Part shown: positions 27,617 through 35,712 of the stretch, one piece after another
Numbering within the stretch: the first letter of the stretch is position 1
How the letters are laid out: the number at the start of each line of letters is the position of its first letter
From: Bacteroidia bacterium
GTDB taxonomy: Bacteria; Bacteroidota; Bacteroidia; UBA4408
Length of the DNA stretch: 35,712 nucleotides
Direction of reading: 5' to 3'
Assembly (NCBI GenBank): GCA_040080595.1
Contig: JBEBIC010000002.1
Span: forward strand, 1-35,712
Notes under the pieces: model-generated
The model's database searches: none
The model's input: the letters and a program-made list of their open reading frames with translations, nothing else
Told to the model about the DNA's origin: nothing
Position numbers and translations under genes: made by a program

Positions 27617-28027
27617 TTAAAACGGCATATCGTCATCAACTACTGCTGTAGAGTTTTGCATTGTTTGGCTAAATGTATCTTGTATTGGAGCCGAACCGCC
27701 TTGCGCTTGGTACGCTGGTGCGCCTTGCTGTGCAGGTGCTGCTGTTCCGTTATCTAATACTACTCTCCATGCTTGCAACGAGTTAAAATAACTTTTTACA
27801 CCTTGTGCATTAGTCCATGCTCTACCACGTAAGTTAAACGATACATCAACCATACTACCTACTGGCATGTTATCTACTATAGATACTTTGTCTTGTATTA
27901 ATTCAAACTTAATGTACTCTGGGTACATTGCATTTTCGGCAAATTCTAACACAAAATCACGTTTTTTAAACGTTTCTTTTACTTGTGTAATTTCCGACAC
28001 TTCGATGATTTTTCCTTTTACGTTCAT
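27617..28027 (-). CDS. DUF3127-family OB-fold protein with SSB-like disordered linker and acidic 'DDDMPF' tip
   Basis: The N-terminus 'MNVKGKIIEVSEITQV...DFVLEF...YPEYIKFELIQDKV...VSFNLRGRAW' fits the remembered DUF3127 pattern. The C-terminus has an A/Q/G/P-rich linker and ends 'VVDDDMPF'. Confidence 0.7.
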   Translation of the reverse strand: MNVKGKIIEVSEITQVKETFKKRDFVLEFAENAMYPEYIKFELIQDKVSIVDNMPVGSMVDVSFNLRGRAWTNAQGVKSYFNSLQAWRVVLDNGTAAPAQQGAPAYQAQGGSAPIQDTFSQTMQNSTAVVDDDMPF

Positions 28028-28085
28028 TTTTATTTATTTTTAGTTGTTTATATTTTTTCGGTTTCAAAATTTAAGGCGTAGTGCC

Positions 28086-28769
28086 TTAGTACAAAAGTAC
28101 GTGAAGTTGTTTATTAAACAATAACTCCAACTCTAATTTATTACTGCGATGCAATAATACTAAATTACTATTTATTTTTTGCGCATAATAATTAACAATT
28201 TCTGTTATTGTTTTGTCGCCATATTCGTTTTTTATTACTTCGCTAAAACAGGCTCTCCCCTCGTCGTTAAACGCTCGTATGTAAGGGCGTAGGTGTATAG
28301 CGGTTTGCATTACCTCTAAGTCGCTATTGCCTTTGGCTACACTACTTACCACTATTTTTAGCTCTTTTTTTAATATTGTTTCAAATGCAACACCCTCATT
28401 GGTGTAGGTAGAATTAGCATCAAACAACAAGCCATTGGTAATAGCTACTCCGTTAGTATTTAGTACAAATGCAAATGGGGTAGTAGTGTTGTGCACCCAA
28501 TTAAGTTGAGCTGTAGTGGCATATACTACATTGTATTCGGTAGTGTTAAATACGCTCAACACCTCGTTAATGTTGGGTAATATAGTTTGTAGCGCTGTTA
28601 ATAATTGGGGCGTTATACTAAAATCAATACCGTACAAATTATAACTATTGCATGGCACAAAGTATTGCGCATTGGCTATACATGTAGCTATGGCTTTAAA
28701 ATCGTGTTCGTTACCCGCAATAATACACCCTTGTGTGTTCATATTAATTAGTATTTTTTTATTGTGCAT
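28086..28769 (-). CDS. Hypothetical protein
   Basis: 227-aa ORF with no signal peptide and no recognisable motif. It lies 58 nt upstream of the DUF3127 gene on the same strand. Confidence 0.5.
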   Translation of the reverse strand: MHNKKILINMNTQGCIIAGNEHDFKAIATCIANAQYFVPCNSYNLYGIDFSITPQLLTALQTILPNINEVLSVFNTTEYNVVYATTAQLNWVHNTTTPFAFVLNTNGVAITNGLLFDANSTYTNEGVAFETILKKELKIVVSSVAKGNSDLEVMQTAIHLRPYIRAFNDEGRACFSEVIKNEYGDKTITEIVNYYAQKINSNLVLLHRSNKLELELLFNKQLHVLLY

Positions 28770-28868
28770 AAATGGTAACGCTTACTTTTACGCTAAAGTA
28801 AAATATTAAAACAACAATTCAAACAATAATTCAAATTAAACAGTTTAACTAAAACACATTGTATTAAA

Positions 28869-29738
28869 ATGAACAAAATAGGCGACTCCGAACTTATACT
28901 TAACCCCGATGGTAGCGTATATCACTTACACCTAAAACCCGAAAACGTAGCCGAAAACGTAATAGTAGTGGGCGACCAAGGGCGTGTAGAAATGATATCA
29001 AAATACTTTGATAAAATAGAATTTAAAGCCCAAAGTCGTGAGTTTGTTACCCACACAGGCACATTTAACGGTAAGCGTGTAACGGCACTATCTACAGGTA
29101 TTGGTACTGATAATATTGATATTGTGATGAATGAATTGGACGCTGCTGTAAATATAGACTTAGTAAATCGTGTACCCAAAACTACACATACCGCACTAAA
29201 CGTAGTGCGTATAGGTACTTCGGGCGCATTGCAAGGCGATATTCCTGTAGATTCGTTTGTGCTATCTACCCACGGTTTGGGTATGGATGGTTTGCTTAAT
29301 TTTTATGATGTAGATAGTATTAATGATGCCGCTTTGGAACAAGCATTTATAGCGCATACTAACTGGAACAAACGTTTTAATCATCCTTATTTTGTAGAGG
29401 GTTCGCAAGAGTTAATAAATAAACTTGCACCAGGTAAGCACTTGGGCATAACTGCTACAGCCTGCGGTTTTTATGGCCCACAGGGCAGAGTGTTACGTTT
29501 GCCATTGCAAATGAACGACCTTAACGAAAAGCTAACTTCGTTTAATTATAACGGACACCGCATTACTAATTTTGAAATGGAAACCTCCGCATTATTTGGT
29601 TTGGGTAAATTACTTGGGCACAATACCGCCACAGTATGCACCATTGTTGCCAACCGTATTCGTAAGGAATTTAGCAAAGATTACAAAACAAGTGTTGATG
29701 CTTTAATACAAAACGTACTACAAACGCTAACCGCATAA
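28869..29738 (+). CDS. Nucleoside phosphorylase (PNP_UDP_1 family, uridine/purine nucleoside phosphorylase-like)
   Basis: 'VVGDQGRV', 'STGIGTDNIDIVMNEL', 'VVRIGTSGAL' and 'NFEMETSALF' motifs. Confidence 0.8.
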   Translation: MNKIGDSELILNPDGSVYHLHLKPENVAENVIVVGDQGRVEMISKYFDKIEFKAQSREFVTHTGTFNGKRVTALSTGIGTDNIDIVMNELDAAVNIDLVNRVPKTTHTALNVVRIGTSGALQGDIPVDSFVLSTHGLGMDGLLNFYDVDSINDAALEQAFIAHTNWNKRFNHPYFVEGSQELINKLAPGKHLGITATACGFYGPQGRVLRLPLQMNDLNEKLTSFNYNGHRITNFEMETSALFGLGKLLGHNTATVCTIVANRIRKEFSKDYKTSVDALIQNVLQTLTA

Positions 29739-29764
29739 GTACTATTTAATATTATTTTATACCA

Positions 29765-30637
29765 ATGAATACAAACGAATTAGCAGCACTTATAAATTTA
29801 TTGGACGACCCCGACGACACTATTTTCACGCACGTTGAAGAAAAAATAGTAACACTTGGAGCGCCCGCCATTCCTGTGCTTGAAAGCGCTTGGGAAACCA
29901 ATATGAATAGTGTGTTGCAAAGTAGAATTGAAAATATTATACATAAAATTCAGTTTGAAAGCGTTGAAAAAAACTTAACACAATGGATAGATAACGGCGC
30001 ACAAAGTTTGCTAGACGGCTTACTTATTATTGCCAAATATCAATACCCCGATATAGATGAAGAAACAATACACGAGCAAATAAACTCCATAAAAAGAGAT
30101 GTGTGGGTGGAGTTACGCGATGACCTTACAGCCCTTGAAAAAGTAAAAATATTGAACCATATATTTTTTAATATTCATGGCTTTGCAGGTAACACCTCTA
30201 ACTTTCATTCGCCCAATAATTCGTTTGTAAATGCGGTGTTGGAATCGCACAAAGGTAACCCGCTTATGATGTGCGCTATATACAGTATTGTGGCGCAAAG
30301 CCTTAATATACCGCTTATGGGCATAAACTTACCCGAGTTGTTTATATTGGGTTATGTAGATGAACACGCTACAGGTACAAGTAGCGTATTTGAACACGGT
30401 AGCAACATATTATTTTATGTAAATGTATTTGCCAAAGGAACAGTGTTTGGACATAAAGAAATTGATAAATTTTTGTTGCAAATAAAACTACAGCCCAATG
30501 CCACACACTACGAGCCTTGCCACAATGTAGATATTATAAAACGTGTGTTGCGTAACTTAATATTTGCATTTGAAAAAAACAGCGACCTTAAACGTGTAAA
30601 CGAAATAAAATATATACTGGCACGCATTGCGGAGTAA
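29765..30637 (+). CDS. Transglutaminase-like/SirB1-family protein
   Basis: 'FVNAVLESHKGNPLMMCAIYSIVAQSLNIPLMGINLPELFILGY' is typical of the SirB1 N-terminal/transglutaminase-like family. Confidence 0.65.
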   Translation: MNTNELAALINLLDDPDDTIFTHVEEKIVTLGAPAIPVLESAWETNMNSVLQSRIENIIHKIQFESVEKNLTQWIDNGAQSLLDGLLIIAKYQYPDIDEETIHEQINSIKRDVWVELRDDLTALEKVKILNHIFFNIHGFAGNTSNFHSPNNSFVNAVLESHKGNPLMMCAIYSIVAQSLNIPLMGINLPELFILGYVDEHATGTSSVFEHGSNILFYVNVFAKGTVFGHKEIDKFLLQIKLQPNATHYEPCHNVDIIKRVLRNLIFAFEKNSDLKRVNEIKYILARIAE

Positions 30638-30646
30638 ACTAATAAT

Positions 30647-30674
30647 AGATGTTAGATAACAGATATAAGATGTG
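30647..30674. repeat. Four tandem heptads AGATNNN (AGATGTT AGATAAC AGATATA AGATGTG)
   Basis: Read directly from the intergenic region upstream of the LbH/PaaY-like gene. Confidence 0.6.
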
Positions 30675-30706
30675 ATTCTTATGTTGTTTGATTTATAAAA
30701 CAAATA

Positions 30707-31288
30707 ATGATATACGAATTTAACGGTTACAAACCTGTAATACACCCCTCATCGTTTATACACCCGCAAGCCACAGTTACTGGCAATGTTATTATTGGTA
30801 AAAATGTATATGTAGGCCCAGGTGCTGCTATACGTGGCGATTGGGGGCAAATAATTATTAAAGATGGTTGCAATGTACAAGAAAATTGTACTATACACAT
30901 GTTTCCAGGTACAACAGTAACCCTGCACGAGGGTGCACACATTGGGCATGGCGCTATTATACATGGCGCTACAGTAGGTAAAAATGCGCTTGTGGGTATG
31001 AATGCCGTGCTTATGGACGATGTGTTAATAGGTGATGAATGTATAGTGGGTGCGTTATCATTTGTGCCTGCACGCACCGAGTTTGTTGCTCGCCAAGTAA
31101 TTGTGGGTAATCCTGCTAAGGCAGTAAAAGAAGTAAGCGATGCTATGATAGCGTGGAAAACAAAAGGTACTGCGCTATACCAACAACTACCCGCCGATTG
31201 CTACGCTACACTAAAGCCTTGCGAACCCCTTACAGAAATAGAACCCAACCGCCCCACACAACAAGCGGTATATAGCACTTGGAAATAG
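30707..31288 (+). CDS. Left-handed beta-helix protein of the gamma-carbonic-anhydrase/PaaY/CaiE family
   Basis: Hexapeptide repeats with 'RGDWGQIIIKDGCNVQENCTIH...GAHIGHGAIIHG' and a C-terminal extension as in PaaY. Confidence 0.8.
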   Translation: MIYEFNGYKPVIHPSSFIHPQATVTGNVIIGKNVYVGPGAAIRGDWGQIIIKDGCNVQENCTIHMFPGTTVTLHEGAHIGHGAIIHGATVGKNALVGMNAVLMDDVLIGDECIVGALSFVPARTEFVARQVIVGNPAKAVKEVSDAMIAWKTKGTALYQQLPADCYATLKPCEPLTEIEPNRPTQQAVYSTWK

Positions 31289-31293
31289 GTTTA

Positions 31294-32025
31294 CTACAAT
31301 CTATACCCTATGTGTACGCCAAGCTGATATTCTACACCTGTGGTGTTGTAGTTATAAGCAACAGCATTATATGCGCCAAGCCCAGCATCAACAGTTATGT
31401 TTAAATACGGAGTAGCCTGTACTGATAATCCATTGCTTAGTAATGCTGCTATGTATGGGTTGTTGTCAAAATCGCTATTGGCGGTACGCATGCCGTACTG
31501 TTGGTTTTCTTTGTAACCAACCCTAAAACATGGCGCTATAAAATAACGCACTGCACCTTGCCGTGTAGGAAAACATTTAAAATCAATACCAATGTTAAAA
31601 TTAGCGTAGCTATAATTAATAGTAACAGGAATTTTTACACTTAAATTTCCTTTGGTATTAAAGTGTTCGTAGCTCAATTGTAAGCTATTAAAAAACGGAC
31701 TTAATACATTAAACGAAAGCATATCTTGTCCGTATTTTATTTTAAGAGTGTCTTTAGTTGCTTTGTTTGCGGTAGGCGTAGCGGTTTTTATTAATTCGCT
31801 CTCGCCATTTTTATACAATATAAGTAAGGCGTCTGTTTTGTTAATGGTATAAAGTGGACTATCGGTTACTGCCCATTTTTTGTACTTAATTTCTAGGGGA
31901 GTTACTTCTATTAGTTGCACTTCAATGTATGTTCCGTCGGGTTTAAATAACTTATCTTGTGCGTAGCTGTTAGCACACACGCATAGCAATAGGGCGGCTG
32001 TAAATAATTTGGTTTTCATAAGCAT
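31294..32025 (-). CDS. Putative outer-membrane beta-barrel protein
   Basis: Signal peptide ending 'NSYAQD'. The C-terminal half has alternating hydrophobic strands and ends 'GVHIGYRL'. Confidence 0.5.
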   Translation of the reverse strand: MLMKTKLFTAALLLCVCANSYAQDKLFKPDGTYIEVQLIEVTPLEIKYKKWAVTDSPLYTINKTDALLILYKNGESELIKTATPTANKATKDTLKIKYGQDMLSFNVLSPFFNSLQLSYEHFNTKGNLSVKIPVTINYSYANFNIGIDFKCFPTRQGAVRYFIAPCFRVGYKENQQYGMRTANSDFDNNPYIAALLSNGLSVQATPYLNITVDAGLGAYNAVAYNYNTTGVEYQLGVHIGYRL

Positions 32026-32155
32026 AGCGTTTTTTTAATTGAAATACTTTATTACTAACTTACAATTTGCCCTTTTATTGTGTTACTTTGTACCTATTGG
32101 GTAGTAATAGGCTATTCGTTATTTTAATAATCATATTTAAACATTACCTTACCCA

Positions 32156-32881
32156 ATGAGAATAGATACAGTACTTGTAACGCTTGGTTTAATAGAGTCG
32201 CGCACTAAAGCACAATTAGCTTTAACCAAAAAATTAGTAACTTACAATGGTGTTATTATTACCAAAGCATCGTTTGATGTTGAAGATGAGTCTTTACTAA
32301 AATTATCAGCCCCTCCCTTGCGCTACGTTAGCCGTGGTGGCGATAAATTAAAGTTAGCGATAGATACTTTCGGGTTAAATTTTGAAAACAAAACTGTGCT
32401 TGATGTAGGCGCAAGTACAGGTGGTTTTACCGATTGCGCACTACAACACGGCGCTAAACATGTAACCTGTGTTGATGTGGGCTGTAATCAATTACACGAT
32501 ACCATTAAAAGCAATAAAAAAGTTACGTGGCACGAAAACCAAGATATACGCACGTTCGAAACCAAAACAAAATTTGACTATGTAGTAGTAGATGTTTCAT
32601 TCATAAACATAGAATCAATAGTAGAAGCCTTATCAAGTTTTGTACACGAAAAAACAGAACTAATTATATTAGTAAAACCACAGTTTGAACAAGCCTCTCG
32701 TATTAAGTTTGGCAACGGTATTATTAAAGACGAAAAGATACAACGCTTTAGTTTGGATAACGTAAAAAAAATATTGTTTAAAAACAACTTACGCAGCCTT
32801 GTAAGTGTGAGCACCGAAGGGCTTAGCGAAGATAAAGAGCGCAACGTAGAGTTTGTATTGCGTGTAGAACGTATAATGTAA
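32156..32881 (+). CDS. tlyA: TlyA-family rRNA (cytidine-2'-O)-methyltransferase
   Basis: N-terminal S4-like domain 'RIDTVLV...', then 'YVSRGGDKLKLAID' and the SAM motif 'VLDVGASTGGFTDCALQHGA'. Confidence 0.85.
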   Translation: MRIDTVLVTLGLIESRTKAQLALTKKLVTYNGVIITKASFDVEDESLLKLSAPPLRYVSRGGDKLKLAIDTFGLNFENKTVLDVGASTGGFTDCALQHGAKHVTCVDVGCNQLHDTIKSNKKVTWHENQDIRTFETKTKFDYVVVDVSFINIESIVEALSSFVHEKTELIILVKPQFEQASRIKFGNGIIKDEKIQRFSLDNVKKILFKNNLRSLVSVSTEGLSEDKERNVEFVLRVERIM

Positions 32882-32981
32882 TACGTTAGCTATAACTTTA
32901 TAAAGATGTATAAACTGATAGTATTAAGTATCTTGACATAGAAGAGTAGCTGACTATACACCACAGACTTTCAGTTTGCTT

Positions 32982-33020
32982 AAACCAAATCTATGGAAAA
33001 AATGCACATAGATTTGGTTT
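32982..33020. terminator. Hairpin between tlyA and the convergent LamG gene
   Basis: 14-bp arms AAACCAAATCTATG and CATAGATTTGGTTT. The 3' arm overlaps the stop codon of the minus-strand gene. ATTTT follows on the plus strand. Confidence 0.5.
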
Positions 33021-34074
33021 ATTTTAAAAGTGTAAAAAAACCATTTTCAGTTTTTGTTTCGCCGCTTAATGTGGTGTAATTAGCTTGCCAATAATACGTT
33101 CCTTCAGTGGCATCAGTGGCATTTATTTTTCCATTCCAACCTGCATTTATTTCATAGCTAAGGGCAATTCTCTTTCCCCATTTATTGTATATGCTAAGTG
33201 TTTGATTGTTAGGCTGTACATTAACAAATTGTGTAGGTTTAAATACATCGTTTTTATCATCGCCATTAGGCGTAAATACATTAGGCATTGTAAGTATTGC
33301 TTCGGCTGGAGTGTTAGGCGTAGTAGGCTTTACAATAACTATCTCCGTTGCTTTGGTAGTATATAATGTGTTTATTTCGGAGGCATTTAATGCAATGTTA
33401 TACAAGCGCAAATCGTCTATTTTTCCATGAAACGGAAATGCTTTATCAAACCTATTACCAATAGTAGCACTTAGTGCCGCAGACCCATAATAAGCCACAT
33501 CGCCCGCTTGCAAAGTTATAGAATCTACAAGTGTATTATTTACATAACTTTTAATAACACTAGGCGTGCGAGTTACTACCAAATGGTACCATTGGTTTAA
33601 CTGTGCAGTATCGTATTGATAAATAAAACCAAGCGGATGATTAGTGTTATAACCACCACCTCCCCAACCATTAATAATAGGAGTTGTAAACGTAGCGTTG
33701 TTGTTATAATTTATAAACTGGTCGCCAGAGGTACTCCCTATAGATAAAGCAAAATAAGCTCTATCAGCTTGCGCAATTGGGTACGATGCCAAGCTTGCCC
33801 ACAACGAGTAGGTGTATTGATTGGTATTAAGCCCTGTTGGCGGTATTGTTATGTAACTATTGGTAGAACCATCAAAACTATACGCAGCATTTGCAGTTCC
33901 AAACCTATCTGTGGTTAGTGTTGCACCTACTACAGTACCGTTTAAACCGTTAGCGCTTACATCGTTCGCATTGCCCGTAAACGGATAATCTCTGACAATA
34001 CCATTGCTTGCAACTTGCCCTATGGTACTACTTGCACAACAAATACTTATAACTAAGGGGAGTAGGTTTTTCAT
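33019..34074 (-). CDS. LamG/concanavalin-like domain protein with T9SS type B (gliding-associated) C-terminal sorting domain
   Basis: LamG-like 'GLNGTVVGATLTTDRFGTANAAYSFDGS...HGKIDDLRLYNIALNASEI'. The CTD reads 'MPNVFTPNGDDKNDVFKP...LSIYNKWGKRI...WNGK...GTYYW'. Confidence 0.75.
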   Translation of the reverse strand: MKNLLPLVISICCASSTIGQVASNGIVRDYPFTGNANDVSANGLNGTVVGATLTTDRFGTANAAYSFDGSTNSYITIPPTGLNTNQYTYSLWASLASYPIAQADRAYFALSIGSTSGDQFINYNNNATFTTPIINGWGGGGYNTNHPLGFIYQYDTAQLNQWYHLVVTRTPSVIKSYVNNTLVDSITLQAGDVAYYGSAALSATIGNRFDKAFPFHGKIDDLRLYNIALNASEINTLYTTKATEIVIVKPTTPNTPAEAILTMPNVFTPNGDDKNDVFKPTQFVNVQPNNQTLSIYNKWGKRIALSYEINAGWNGKINATDATEGTYYWQANYTTLSGETKTENGFFTLLK

Positions 34075-34161
34075 TGGGGTTATAATTTAATACCGCTTAA
34101 CTAACTTAGCTAAGCGGTATTAAATATAAGGTTATTATCTGCAATAATTGGCAAATTGCGG

Positions 34162-35334
<1,173 letters not shown>

Positions 35335-35428
35335 TCAATAGTTGTACCCAACTTTATTTTAAGTACAATTTGTCATATTTGGTTAATACAGTTGTTTAAA
35401 TGACATATTTGTGCGCTTGTTTTAAACC

Positions 35429-35465
35429 AAAAACTCCATAATGTTGCCATTATGGAGTTTTTTTT
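35429..35465. terminator. Bidirectional rho-independent terminator
   Basis: 13-bp arms AAACTCCATAATG and CATTATGGAGTTT with loop TTGC. An A-run precedes and a T-run follows. Confidence 0.7.
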
Positions 35466-35484
35466 AATTGGTGTAAATTAGTAC

Positions 35485-35712
35485 TTATTTAGTGCAAGTA
35501 ATGCGTGTGTATTGGTGTTTTTCGTAGTTGGCTTTATTTTCAATAAAGTCTTTATTGTATTCTGGTCCACCTACTATGTTTTCTATTTTACCAAACTTAA
35601 TTTGGCTTTGTTTAACTCCTTTTGCACCCAATGCTTTAATAACTGCTAATCTTGCTTCTTTAGCACGTTTCAACGAAAGTAAATCGTTGGTTTTAAATGT
35701 TTTGGTAGGCAC
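35485..35712 (-). CDS. C-terminal fragment of a hypothetical protein (runs off the window edge)
   Basis: The reading frame is open to the window boundary. No motif was recognised. It is not GrpE-like. Confidence 0.35.
   Translation of the reverse strand: MPTKTFKTNDLLSLKRAKEARLAVIKALGAKGVKQSQIKFGKIENIVGGPEYNKDFIENKANYEKHQYTRITCTK

Overview
This looks like a chromosomal window from an AT-rich Bacteroidota genome, of the Flavobacteriia/Cytophagia type. The evidence is gliding-motility genes gldC, gldE and gldD, T9SS type A and type B C-terminal sorting domains, TAnnTTTG-type -7 promoter boxes, and many lipoproteins. All calls rest on motif recognition from the supplied translations; no searches were run.

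Gene order from left to right:
- gldC, a membrane protein and a TonB-dependent receptor.
- An oxidative-stress/redox cluster: exported KatG divergent from OxyR, TetR divergent from a beta-carbonic anhydrase, then YceI, an exported pirin and a Crp/Fnr regulator.
- tRNA-His, an orphan nuoE-nuoF pair, pyrF and a second YceI.
- An operon encoding a TPR-TM-PP2C phosphatase, a TPR-TM histidine kinase and a LuxR-type response regulator.
- Three lipoprotein genes and a beta-propeller-like T9SS cargo.
- PadR with a membrane protein that combines GldL/PorL-like and GldM-like features.
- ssb-gldE-gldD.
- A compact three-gene cassette of unknown function whose middle gene carries a PD-(D/E)XK nuclease signature.
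- A DUF3127 OB-fold protein with an SSB-like acidic tail, then an orphan protein.
- Housekeeping genes: nucleoside phosphorylase, transglutaminase-like protein, LbH/PaaY-like protein, TlyA, a LamG T9SS type B cargo and dnaJ.

No rRNA, CRISPR array, transposase or integrase was seen.

The best candidate for an undescribed system is the translationally coupled cassette at 25922-27481. The second is the PadR-linked GldL/GldM-like chimeric membrane protein at 21740-23323.
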